Of a stretch of 64,000 nucleotides of DNA, positions 44,098 through 53,534 are shown in pieces. Position numbers and translations under genes: made by a program. Source of the stretch: Candidatus Methylomirabilota bacterium (GTDB lineage: Bacteria; Methylomirabilota; Methylomirabilia; Rokubacteriales; CSP1-6). The first letter of the stretch is position 1; each line of letters starts with the position of its first letter. The stretch is taken from contig JBKPCB010000014.1 in the NCBI GenBank assembly GCA_046727155.1, positions 22,695 to 86,694 of the forward strand, given 5' to 3'. A model generated the notes under the pieces. The model made no database searches and was not told where the DNA came from. It saw nothing but the letters and a program-made list of their open reading frames with translations.

Positions 44098-45288
44098 GTG
44101 GCCGGGGCAGTTGTCTACTTCCCCGAGGTCGGCAGCCACGCCGTAGCTCCCCGCGTCGTCGCCGGCCGCTCGCTCGCCGTGCGCGCGCTGGTCTCGGCCT
44201 TCCGCGCCGGGGCGGCCACGATCGCGGTTCCGCTCGCGCTCCGGGACGAAGCCGTGGAGCGAGCGCTGGCACGCATGCCCGCTCTCGCCGCCGCCATCCG
44301 TTGGCTCGATCCCGCTCGGTCCGAGCCGCCGCCGCCGGACGGAGAGCTGTTCCTCTTCGTCCCCGTCTCGGCGGTGGTCGACGCCCTTTCGCTCCGCGCC
44401 CTGCTGACTCCCGCACCGCCACCTCAAGGCGCCATTCTGTCCGGCTCGGTCGAGGCCGGAGCGCCGGTCGTGCTGGCCTCGACGACCCTGGCCGCCCGGC
44501 TCTGGAAGGAGGCGGCAGACGGGCGGCCGCTCGGCGTCGAGCTGGCCCGGCACGCAGGCGAAGCCGGGCTCGAGCCCCGAGCGGCGGCCGGCGTGTTCGC
44601 GGTCGTGAAGGGCGAGGCCGGACTCGCCCGGGCCGAGGATGCGCTCTACGAGCGCGTCGGAACCGGTCTGGACTCCGGCATCGACCGATTGCTCCACCGC
44701 CGGTGCTCGCGCTGGATCACCCGCGTCCTCGTGCGCACACCGGCGACGCCGAATCAGGTCAGCGTGCTCAGCTTTCTGATCGGGTGCGCCTCGATCTGGT
44801 GCTTTTGGAACGCGACCGAGGCAAGCGCGGCGTGGGGGCTGGCGCTCTATGCGCTGGCGTGCATCGTGGACCACACGGACGGCGAGCTCGCGCGGCTGAC
44901 GTTCCAAGAGACGCACTTCGGCGCCCAGCTCGACTGGGTTATCGACAACATCATCCACGTCGGCGTCGTATTCGGGATGGCGGTGAGCGCTGGAGGACCC
45001 GTGGCAGTCGCGGTCGGCATCGCGGCCGTCGTCGGCGTGGCACTGAGCGCCTGGTTCGCCCGCATCCTGCCCCACGAGCTCGAGGTGGGCGAAGCCGTGG
45101 GCGGAGCCCTGAAGGACATGGGCAACCGCGATCTGTTCTACCTGCTGCTGCTGGGCTTCGTGCTCTTCCGCTGGACCGCGCCGCGCTTGCTGCTCCCGCT
45201 GGCCATCGTCGTCGCCCTCGGCTCGCAGGCATATTGGATCGGCTGCCTGAATCGCATCCGCCACTCCCGCGCCGCAGGGATGCCGTGA
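44098..45288 (+). CDS. CDP-alcohol phosphatidyltransferase with ~190-aa N-terminal domain of unknown function
   Basis: C-terminal membrane domain carries D(x)2DG(x)2AR…G(x)3D(x)3D (DHTDGELARL…FGAQLDWVIDN). The N-terminal half lacks a nucleotidyltransferase G-loop. GTG start. Confidence 0.7.
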   Translation: MAGAVVYFPEVGSHAVAPRVVAGRSLAVRALVSAFRAGAATIAVPLALRDEAVERALARMPALAAAIRWLDPARSEPPPPDGELFLFVPVSAVVDALSLRALLTPAPPPQGAILSGSVEAGAPVVLASTTLAARLWKEAADGRPLGVELARHAGEAGLEPRAAAGVFAVVKGEAGLARAEDALYERVGTGLDSGIDRLLHRRCSRWITRVLVRTPATPNQVSVLSFLIGCASIWCFWNATEASAAWGLALYALACIVDHTDGELARLTFQETHFGAQLDWVIDNIIHVGVVFGMAVSAGGPVAVAVGIAAVVGVALSAWFARILPHELEVGEAVGGALKDMGNRDLFYLLLLGFVLFRWTAPRLLLPLAIVVALGSQAYWIGCLNRIRHSRAAGMP

Positions 45289-46277
45289 TGGGCCGATGGC
45301 TCCGGGCACTGTTGATGCTGGGAGGCCTCGGCTTCGTGGCGTACCTCGTCTACCGGGTGGGGCCGGCGACGGTGTGGGATTCGGTGAGCGCGCTGGGCTG
45401 GCGGCTGCTGATCGTGCTCTGCGTGCCCTATTCGCTCGTGGTCGTGATGGACGCGGCCGGGTGGCGGCTGCTCTTCCGAGGGACTCAGGTGCCGTTCTTG
45501 ATGCTCGTGCGCGTGCGGCTGGCCGGCGAGGCGGTCAACATGGCGACGCCGACGGCATCGGTGGGCGGTGAGCCGCTCAAAGCCTACCTGCTGCGGCCAT
45601 GGGTGCCCCTCAGCGACGGCTTCGCCGCTGTCATCGCCGACAAGACCACCGTGGTGACGGGACAAGCGCTCTACCTGCTGGCGGGCCTCGGGGCCGCCGT
45701 CCTCATCCTGGGCCGTTCTCACGCGCTCGTGCTGGCCATGACCATCCTGTTCGCCGTCGAAGCCCTGGCCGTGGCGGGATTCGTTCTGGTCCAGACGCGC
45801 GGCATCTTCGGAGGAAGTGGCCGGCTCTTGGGCCGCGTGGGCCTGGCGCCCTCCGCCCGCTATCAGGGCGGGCTCGAGGACCTCGACCGCGCGCTTGCGC
45901 GCTTCTACCGGGAGCGCCTGGGCCGCATAGCAGGCTCGGCACTGCTGCACGGGCTGGCATGGGCCGGCGGCGGAGTGGAGATCTACCTGGTGATGCATCT
46001 ACTGGGCATGCCGGTGTCCCTCACGACGGCGCTCGTCATCGAGTCCTTCGGCGCCGCAGTCAAGTTTGCGAGCTTCATGATTCCCGCCTCCCTGGGCGCG
46101 CTCGAGGGAGGCTACGTCGCCTTCTTCGGTGCCTTCGGCTTGAGTGGGGCGGCGGGCCTCACCTATGTCCTCATCCGCCGCGTGCGTGAGGCCGCGTGGG
46201 CGGCGCTGGGTTTCCTCACGGTGACCGCGCTCCACCCCCGCGCCGCGCTCGGCGAGCCCGAGGCCCGCGGCCCCTAG
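45288..46277 (+). CDS. lysylphosphatidylglycerol-synthase-TM / flippase-like (UPF0104) membrane protein, HpnL-like
   Basis: 8 TM helices. Pattern of LPG_synthase_TM family. TGATG overlap with the upstream gene. Confidence 0.65.
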   Translation: MGRWLRALLMLGGLGFVAYLVYRVGPATVWDSVSALGWRLLIVLCVPYSLVVVMDAAGWRLLFRGTQVPFLMLVRVRLAGEAVNMATPTASVGGEPLKAYLLRPWVPLSDGFAAVIADKTTVVTGQALYLLAGLGAAVLILGRSHALVLAMTILFAVEALAVAGFVLVQTRGIFGGSGRLLGRVGLAPSARYQGGLEDLDRALARFYRERLGRIAGSALLHGLAWAGGGVEIYLVMHLLGMPVSLTTALVIESFGAAVKFASFMIPASLGALEGGYVAFFGAFGLSGAAGLTYVLIRRVREAAWAALGFLTVTALHPRAALGEPEARGP

Positions 46278-46357
46278 CCTGTCCGCCACACGACCCCGCC
46301 CTGTGCTAGACTCTGGGCGTTTTTCTGGCCACTCGCGCGCCCGACAAGGAGGAAGCC

Positions 46358-47431
46358 TTGGGATCCGTTCGCGTCGCTATCATCGGAGTCGGCAATTGCG
46401 CATCCGCTCTGGTCCAAGGCGTCCACTACTATCGGAACGCCGCCGAAGAGGGCTTCATCCCGGGCCTGATGCGGCCGCGGCTCGGCGACTACCACGTCGG
46501 GGATATCGAGTTCTCAGCGGCCTTCGACATCGACGCGCGCAAGGTCGACCGGGACCTGTCCGAAGCCATCGCGACGGAGCCCAACAACACGGTGCGCTTC
46601 TGCGAGGTCCCACGGCTCGGCATTCCGGTGCATCGCGGGATGACCCACGACGGTCTTGGCCATTATCTCTCGCAGGTGATCACGAAGGCGCCGGGGCCGA
46701 CCGCGGACATCGTCGGCATCCTGCGCGAGACGCGCACCGACGTCGTGGTCAACTTCCTGCCGGTCGGGAGCGAGATGGCGACCAAGTGGTATGTCGAGCA
46801 GATCCTCGACGCCGGCTGCGGCTTCGTCAACTGCATCCCGGTGTTCATTGCCCGAGAGCATTACTGGCGCCGGCGCTTCGAGGAGCGCGGCCTGCCGGTC
46901 GTGGGCGATGACGTCAAGTCCCAGGTGGGCGCGACCATCGTGCACCGCGCGCTGGCCAAGCTGTTCATGGACCGCGGCGTGCGGCTGGAGCGCACCAGCC
47001 AGCTGAATGTCGGAGGCAACACCGACTTCTACAACATGCTCGAGCGGCAGCGCCTCGAGTCGAAGAAAATCTCCAAGACCGATGCCGTGCGGTCCCAGGT
47101 CTCGCACGATCTGGCCGACGAGAACATCCACATCGGGCCCAGCGATTACGTGCCGTGGCTCGCCGACCGGAAATGGGCGCACATCCGGCTCGAGGGGCGG
47201 GCGTTCGGCGATCAGCCCATCAACCTCGAGCTCAAGCTCGAGGTCTGGGACTCGCCCAACTCGGCCGGCGTCGTCATCGACGCCATCCGCTCCTGCAAGA
47301 TCGCCATGGACCGGGGGCTCAAGGGCGCGCTGCTCGCCCCGTCCGCCTATCTGATGAAGTCGCCGCCCGAGCAGTGGTCCGACGAGGCCGCGCGCAGCCG
47401 CCTCGAACAGTTCATCGGGGGCGAGGAGTAG
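46358..47431 (+). CDS. ino1: myo-inositol-1-phosphate synthase (archaeal/bacterial short type)
   Basis: NAD-binding [16 protein letters not shown]. Conserved MIPS catalytic blocks ([18 protein letters not shown]). 357 aa. Confidence 0.75.
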   Translation: MGSVRVAIIGVGNCASALVQGVHYYRNAAEEGFIPGLMRPRLGDYHVGDIEFSAAFDIDARKVDRDLSEAIATEPNNTVRFCEVPRLGIPVHRGMTHDGLGHYLSQVITKAPGPTADIVGILRETRTDVVVNFLPVGSEMATKWYVEQILDAGCGFVNCIPVFIAREHYWRRRFEERGLPVVGDDVKSQVGATIVHRALAKLFMDRGVRLERTSQLNVGGNTDFYNMLERQRLESKKISKTDAVRSQVSHDLADENIHIGPSDYVPWLADRKWAHIRLEGRAFGDQPINLELKLEVWDSPNSAGVVIDAIRSCKIAMDRGLKGALLAPSAYLMKSPPEQWSDEAARSRLEQFIGGEE

Positions 47432-47536
47432 CGCCCGAGACACTCCCCGGCAGGGCCGGAGCGCCCCCGGCCCCTCAAGTGCGCGGGGTTCCTTGAAGGC
47501 CGTGCTACACTTTTTCAGTTCCGCTTTTCGATCCCC

Positions 47537-50287
47537 ATGATCGCGATCTCGAGAACGGGCCGCCTGCTGCGCCGCCTCGTTCGGGTGTCCTGCAGGCGCC
47601 CGGCCGTGACGATCGCGCTGTCTCTCCTGCTGGCCGTCCTCGGGATCGGCTACACGCTACAGGCGCTGACCTTCAAGACCTCCGTGCGGGATATCCTGCC
47701 GCAGCAGGCCGGATACGTGCAGCGCTACGCGCAGTACGCCCGCGAGTTCGGCGAGCTCGAGGATATCGTGGTGGTGGTCGAGGCGGGCTCCTTCGAAGGC
47801 GCGAAGGCCTACGCGAGCCGGCTCGTCCAGGAGCTCCGCAGCTCGCCGGTCAAGTTCGAGCGCATCGCCTACCGGATCGACCCCAAGCGGTTCCTGGGAC
47901 GGCAGCTGCTCTATCTCTCGACCTCCGAGCTGCAGGAGATCCGCGACAAGATCTTCGACCACCAGGAGTTCATGGAGAACTTCGCGGGGGACCCGAGCCT
48001 GACGCGGCTGCTGGAGGGCGTCAACACACAGATGGCCGCGGCGTTCGTGTCCAATCTCTTCGACCTGGGGCTCAAGGACGAGGATCTGCCGGTGGACACG
48101 CGGTTCCTCCGGATGCTGCTCGACCAGATGTCGGCCCGCCTCGACAAGCCCACACCCTACGTCTCGCCCTGGGGCACGCTGTTCTCCTTCGGGGGCGACC
48201 CGACTTCCGACGCCGGGTACTTTCTCTCGGACGACAAAAGCCTGCTGTTCATCCTCGTCGAGCCCCCCAAGGGCGACAAGGGCAGTTTCGTCACCGACCA
48301 GCGCGCCATCGAAGCCATCCGCGCGGCCATCGCGCGGCTGCGGCCGGCCTTCCCCAACGCCCAGGCTGGCGTCACGGGCGCTCCCGCCCTGTCGAACGAC
48401 GAGATGTCCGCAGCCTTCCGCGACAGCCAGATCGCCACCTTCCTGGCCTTCGCCCTGACCCTCCTGGTGATGACGCTGGCGTTTGTCCGGGTCGGCAAGC
48501 CGCTACTGATGCTGGGCGTCCTGGCCGTGAGCCTGGCCTGGTCCATGGGCATCACCACCCTCGCCATCGGCCATCTGACGATCTTTTCCGTGATGTTCAT
48601 CTCGATCGTGGTGGGGATCGGCATCGACTACGGGATTTATTTCCTCTTCCGGTACGAAGAGGAGATCTTTCTGGGGCGGACTCTCAAGGAGGCGCTGGAG
48701 CTCACCGCCGGGCGCACCGGACCCGGCATGTTGCTCGGGGCGCTCACCGCGGGCGGCACGTTTTACATGCTCATGCTCACGGACTTCCAGGGTATCCGGG
48801 AGCTCGGCTTCATCGCCGGTAGCGCGATCCTGCTCGCCTGGCTCAGCATGATGACCTTCTTCCCGGCCCTCCTCGTGGTGATCGACCGGCGGCACGCCGC
48901 GCGGCCGAGAGACCAAAAGCCGAGGGCGCACCAGCTCGAGCGGATCCACGTGCCCGTCCTGGACCGCCTCACCGGCTTTCCCCGCACGGTGCTCGTGACC
49001 GCGGCGGCGACGACGGCGCTCTCGCTATGGGCGCTGCCGTCGGTGGGCTTCGACTACAATCTGCTGAATCTGCAGGCCAAGGGCACGGAATCGGTGACGT
49101 GGGAAAAACGCATCCTCGCCAATACCGGGCGGTCCGGCTTCAACGGGCTGGCCTCCGCCGAGACGCTCGACGAACTGAGGCGCAAGCACCACGCGTTCGA
49201 CGACCTCCCCTCGGTCTCCGAGGTGGACTCGGTACTGCACCTGATCCCAGAAGGCCAGCAGGAGAAGATCAAGATCATCAAGAGCTTCGCGCCGCTGGTG
49301 GCGCCCGTGCGCATCGGGCGGTCGAGCCCGGTGGACTTGGACCGGCTGCGGAAGGACCTGCTCGACATCAAGCGCCGCTTCGACGTCGTCGCGGCTGAAG
49401 CCGGCAGCAAGCTGCCGCCCGAGATCCAGGCGGTCCGTGAGAAGACGGCGGCGCTGATCAAGCAGCTCGGCAAGGCGGACCGCGAGTCGGCCGAGGCCTC
49501 GCTCGGCTACCTCCAGGCCCAGCTCTACCGCGACTTCGTCAACAAGTTCTACAGCCTGCAGCGAAACCTGAATCCCCGCATCGTGGGTATCGAGGAGGTG
49601 CCGGAGGAGCTCAAGCGCAAGTTCATCGGCGCCAACGGCCACTTCCTGCTCCAGGTCCATCCCAAGGTGGACATCTGGGAGCGTGAGGGCGCCCGCCAGT
49701 TCGTCCGCGAGCTGCGCAGCGTGGATCCCGACGTCACGGGGGCGCCCGTCATTACCTATGAGGCCACCCGGTTGATGGAGCGGGCGTATCTGCAGGGCAC
49801 CGCCTATGCGTTCGTCCTGGTTGGCCTGCTGACCTTCCTGATGATCCACCGTCTGCGTGAATCGCTGCTGGCGCTGCTACCGCTGGTGCTGGGCCTGCTC
49901 TGGACCATCGGCCTGATGCACGTCTTCGGGATCAAGTTCAACCTGGCCAATGTCTGGGGCCTTCCGCTGATCATCGGCGCGTCCGCCGAGTTCGGCCTCA
50001 ACGTGGTCGTGCGCTATATGGAAGGGCGGCGGCACGGCGGCCCACTGGTCGCGCGCAGCACGGTGATGGCGGTGGCGCTCAACGGCATCACGACCATGGT
50101 GGGCTTCGGCAGCCTGATGACGGCCGCGCATCAGGGCATCTTCAGCCTCGGCCTGTTGCTGACCATCGGCTCGGGCTGCGGCCTGCTGGCCTCGCTCGTG
50201 GTGCTCCCCGTGATCCTCCGCCTCATCGCCGGCCGGGCCGCCGCGCCGCCGGCGGCAGAACTCCTGCCCAAGACCTCCGCCGCCTAG
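47537..50287 (+). CDS. hpnN: hopanoid transporter, RND/MMPL family
   Basis: 916 aa. Two 6-TM bundles with large periplasmic loops. MMPL-type motifs. Location in the hpn locus. Confidence 0.85.
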   Translation: MIAISRTGRLLRRLVRVSCRRPAVTIALSLLLAVLGIGYTLQALTFKTSVRDILPQQAGYVQRYAQYAREFGELEDIVVVVEAGSFEGAKAYASRLVQELRSSPVKFERIAYRIDPKRFLGRQLLYLSTSELQEIRDKIFDHQEFMENFAGDPSLTRLLEGVNTQMAAAFVSNLFDLGLKDEDLPVDTRFLRMLLDQMSARLDKPTPYVSPWGTLFSFGGDPTSDAGYFLSDDKSLLFILVEPPKGDKGSFVTDQRAIEAIRAAIARLRPAFPNAQAGVTGAPALSNDEMSAAFRDSQIATFLAFALTLLVMTLAFVRVGKPLLMLGVLAVSLAWSMGITTLAIGHLTIFSVMFISIVVGIGIDYGIYFLFRYEEEIFLGRTLKEALELTAGRTGPGMLLGALTAGGTFYMLMLTDFQGIRELGFIAGSAILLAWLSMMTFFPALLVVIDRRHAARPRDQKPRAHQLERIHVPVLDRLTGFPRTVLVTAAATTALSLWALPSVGFDYNLLNLQAKGTESVTWEKRILANTGRSGFNGLASAETLDELRRKHHAFDDLPSVSEVDSVLHLIPEGQQEKIKIIKSFAPLVAPVRIGRSSPVDLDRLRKDLLDIKRRFDVVAAEAGSKLPPEIQAVREKTAALIKQLGKADRESAEASLGYLQAQLYRDFVNKFYSLQRNLNPRIVGIEEVPEELKRKFIGANGHFLLQVHPKVDIWEREGARQFVRELRSVDPDVTGAPVITYEATRLMERAYLQGTAYAFVLVGLLTFLMIHRLRESLLALLPLVLGLLWTIGLMHVFGIKFNLANVWGLPLIIGASAEFGLNVVVRYMEGRRHGGPLVARSTVMAVALNGITTMVGFGSLMTAAHQGIFSLGLLLTIGSGCGLLASLVVLPVILRLIAGRAAAPPAAELLPKTSAA

Positions 50288-50307
50288 GCTCCGCAGTTTT
50301 CATCTGC

Positions 50308-52713
50308 TTACATCTTGGCGGAGACCTGGCTCCGTGAGCTCACCGCCGGGCGCTGCCCTCCTTCGACACCCGGAAAGATGTCGTAGACATAGTCGTGGGC
50401 GCTCAGGGCGCTCTGGTTCAGGGTGCCGGCCTGAAGGCGCTTCAAGATCTCCTCGCGGGAGAGATCGAAGATCGCCTCGAGAACCTGCACGCGCTCGAGC
50501 TGGGTCGCCTGCCCCACGACAAAGAGCACGCGGGCGCTGTGCTGGATGTAGCGGGGCGAAAGCAGCTGCCGCTTCAAGAGCTCCATGATCACGGGCGCCT
50601 TGGCGCGGTCAAAGCGGCCCGGATCGCCGCGGCGGTCCAGCTCGGCGAAGAACGCCGACGTCCATTCGTTGTGGCAATCCCATACCTTCTCGAACAGCGC
50701 CCTCGTGAAGCGGGTCCCGGCTTTGACCTCGTAGGCATTCACCGCCGGCGCGATCCCATCCTCGGTGAGCGCTGGCCGCCTGAGGTAGCCATCCCTGGTG
50801 ATGGCGGCCTGGTGGTGGACGAGGCTCCAGAGCCAGGAGACATCGATCCGGTAGGTAGCCAGGTCATTCATGAACCGCAGCGAGAGCTCGTAGTCGTCGA
50901 TGGCGGCCGCGAAGTTCCCGTTGAGGATCTGGAAGCCGTAGTTTGCGGCCATGTAGAACGCGTGCTGGATGTGCTCGATGGTGATGTCGCCGGCCGGCAC
51001 GCCGTAGATGCTCTCCCAGAGCTCTTGCGTGAAGAGCTTCTCGGGCGCGCCGAAAGTGTCCTTGGTGATGACCCAGGGAGTGATCTTGCCCTGCGCGTTC
51101 AGCAAGCCGCGGGACTGCAGCACGAGCCGCTCCGCGTCACTGAGCCCACTGGCGACGGTCGGCACCGGCTTGCCCTTCACGTCCACCATCTCTCGCGGGG
51201 CTTCGAGAATCGCCTGGAGCTGCGCCGCAGGGGCCCGCAAGGGCGCATTGCCGGCGGCGACATAGGCCGGTTCCGGGCTGGCGACCCAGCTCTGCCGATA
51301 CGCATCGTAGAGTCGTCCCTTCGCTCGGCCCGCCAGGATGTCCTCCAGGATCGGCTGTTGATCTGCGGGAAGCGCCTCCCCGGGGACGAAGATGAGCCCC
51401 AGCAGGCGCTCGCGCAACTTGTCGATGACCATCGCCCGGAGGGCCAGGGGGTTGTACTTCGAGCGGCCGTAGGGATCGCTCGGCTGGTAGATCATGACCG
51501 CCGCCATCCCGCCGATGGGAGCCCCCTGGCTGAGCTCGCCGGCCTTCATGCCGGCCATCAGCATCACGAGCGCGTTGTACCGCTGGTACGCGATCATGTT
51601 CGGGGATGCCATACCGATCAACTGCGGATCCGGAAAGACGCCCTGCGGGTCGTCCTTCCACATCTCGATGAGGCTGGCCAGGTAGTCCCAGCGGCCGACG
51701 TTCGTGCCCAAGAGCCGCCGCCGCAGGACCCAGGCGATCGCCGGCAAGAACCGGCCCGCATTGCCCTCCTCATAGAGGACCTTGATCTTGACGGTTCCGG
51801 GCTGGACACCGATCATGCCCTCCAGCCGCGCCAGGAGCTTCTCCACGATGATGGCTTCCTGAGGAGTCTGAATCTTCGGGATGTAGTAGTAGACACCTGT
51901 GCCGGCGCTGGTGAGGGACCCGTAGTTGTTGAGAGCCCAGAGAAGGATGATGGGAATGATTCCGGGCACCGGCTGGTCGTCGACCCGAACGTGGTCATAC
52001 CGGACGTGGATGCCGGGAGGTCGAGCAAACCGGGTCGGCCACTGCGCCGGCGGCCTATTGATCCTGTACGCGCGCGGCTGACCTTTCTTCACCACCTCGT
52101 AGGGGCGGCCGGTCCAGCGGCCTTCGAGAATCTCCTTGGCGTTCTGCATCGCCGCGAAGATCCCCACCGGCTCTGTCCTGGGCGTGCCATCGGGGTGGAA
52201 ATGGGGCGGTGAGGCGTCCTCAAAGTCCGGCATGTTCATGGGCGCCGGGCTGTTCAGCGCGTTAAAGGCCATGTCCAGCGGATGCCAAGGCCCGGTCAGC
52301 TCCAGGCCGGGATTCGTCAGGGGGTGGGCGTCCTTCGGGATCGGCACCTCGTCGTTGAGCCGCCAGCGCCACTCGCTCTTCCGGTCGAGCACGTTGTCGA
52401 CCAGGCCCTGAACGATCTGGCGAAAGGTCCAAAACTTTCCCGTGAGGGGATCCTCGAACGTGTCGTCCCACTTCGGCCAGGCGTATTTCTCGGCGACCGG
52501 GGCGCTGGATTCGAGCAGCGCCCGGCGCGCGCTGAGGGCCGCGGCGATCTCGGGACCCAGCTCTCGGGTGATCGTGGCAATCGCCTGCTCGACATCGACC
52601 TCCCGGCCGTTCACGACCTTGGTCTCGAAAAGCTCTGGGAACGCCTGGAGGATGTCTTCGCGGATCATGGCCTCGGTCCTCGGTTCTTTCACACGGACAC
52701 GCCGAGCGCGCAC
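50308..52713 (-). CDS. malate synthase family protein (atypical, 801 aa)
   Basis: Contains the malate-synthase catalytic block (…NVGRWDYLASLIEMW…) and TIM-barrel-like core. The N-terminus and length differ from MSA/MSG. Confidence 0.6.
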   Translation of the reverse strand: MRARRVRVKEPRTEAMIREDILQAFPELFETKVVNGREVDVEQAIATITRELGPEIAAALSARRALLESSAPVAEKYAWPKWDDTFEDPLTGKFWTFRQIVQGLVDNVLDRKSEWRWRLNDEVPIPKDAHPLTNPGLELTGPWHPLDMAFNALNSPAPMNMPDFEDASPPHFHPDGTPRTEPVGIFAAMQNAKEILEGRWTGRPYEVVKKGQPRAYRINRPPAQWPTRFARPPGIHVRYDHVRVDDQPVPGIIPIILLWALNNYGSLTSAGTGVYYYIPKIQTPQEAIIVEKLLARLEGMIGVQPGTVKIKVLYEEGNAGRFLPAIAWVLRRRLLGTNVGRWDYLASLIEMWKDDPQGVFPDPQLIGMASPNMIAYQRYNALVMLMAGMKAGELSQGAPIGGMAAVMIYQPSDPYGRSKYNPLALRAMVIDKLRERLLGLIFVPGEALPADQQPILEDILAGRAKGRLYDAYRQSWVASPEPAYVAAGNAPLRAPAAQLQAILEAPREMVDVKGKPVPTVASGLSDAERLVLQSRGLLNAQGKITPWVITKDTFGAPEKLFTQELWESIYGVPAGDITIEHIQHAFYMAANYGFQILNGNFAAAIDDYELSLRFMNDLATYRIDVSWLWSLVHHQAAITRDGYLRRPALTEDGIAPAVNAYEVKAGTRFTRALFEKVWDCHNEWTSAFFAELDRRGDPGRFDRAKAPVIMELLKRQLLSPRYIQHSARVLFVVGQATQLERVQVLEAIFDLSREEILKRLQAGTLNQSALSAHDYVYDIFPGVEGGQRPAVSSRSQVSAKM

Positions 52714-52750
52714 GCGAAATAGAGCACGGCTGCCACTTGCGTCGGGCTGG

Positions 52751-53518
52751 TCAGGATGCCGGCGAGGCCGTCTTGCGCCGGGCTCGCGCGCGGCTCTGCC
52801 AGAGCGACCGGACGCCGAAGTAGGCGAAGGCGTCCTTCAGGTTCGAGAACGCGCGCTTTGCCCGGCCCATCTCCTGGGTCGTGACGTACTCCAGGGTCAA
52901 TACGACGCGCCGGTCTCCCGCCTGTGATGGGCTCACGCCGTGATAGACCTTGTCACCGTTGAAGATGACCATGGAGCCGGGCTCCGTGGCCACCGCCAGA
53001 TCCACAGGCGCATGTCCGGCCTGCTTGGTGTGCAGCCGGCAGAGCAGCCGGCTCGCGGACTCCTGAACGAGCCCGAAGAGCACGGTGTAGCGGGCGCCCT
53101 TGTAATACGACGTGTCGTAGTGATAGCCCATGTGATCCCCCGCCTCGGTGTAGAAATAGAGCGCGCAGGCGTGGGGATCGTCGTCGGGACAGAGCTTGAG
53201 GTCCGCCCGGACCAGCCGGCTGAGGAACTGCCGGAACGCGGCCGAGCGGTAGAACTCGAGGAGAGCGGGTCCGTCCTCGGCGATGGCGAAGTGGCTCACG
53301 CTCCCGCCCTTCTTGTGCCGCGGGATATAGTTGCGGTTGAGCCCGGGCTCGAGTCGGCGCACGTCATCGAGCAGCGCGGCGACGGCCTCGGGCCGCAGGA
53401 ACCGCGGGAGGAAGAGGAACTCATCCTGCTCCCAGTACTCTCGCTCGAGGCGGTCGAAATCCAGCTGGGCCACGGCGCGGTCGATCTCGGCGGTTATGGA
53501 GGTGACGACTGGATCCAT
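52751..53518 (-). CDS. 2-oxoglutarate/Fe(II)-dependent oxygenase family protein
   Basis: HxD…H facial triad candidates (HYDTSYY…VYHGV). ~255 aa from an internal ATG. The upstream extension is low-complexity. Confidence 0.55.
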   Translation of the reverse strand: MDPVVTSITAEIDRAVAQLDFDRLEREYWEQDEFLFLPRFLRPEAVAALLDDVRRLEPGLNRNYIPRHKKGGSVSHFAIAEDGPALLEFYRSAAFRQFLSRLVRADLKLCPDDDPHACALYFYTEAGDHMGYHYDTSYYKGARYTVLFGLVQESASRLLCRLHTKQAGHAPVDLAVATEPGSMVIFNGDKVYHGVSPSQAGDRRVVLTLEYVTTQEMGRAKRAFSNLKDAFAYFGVRSLWQSRARARRKTASPAS

Positions 53519-53534
53519 GTCGGGACGTCTCTCC

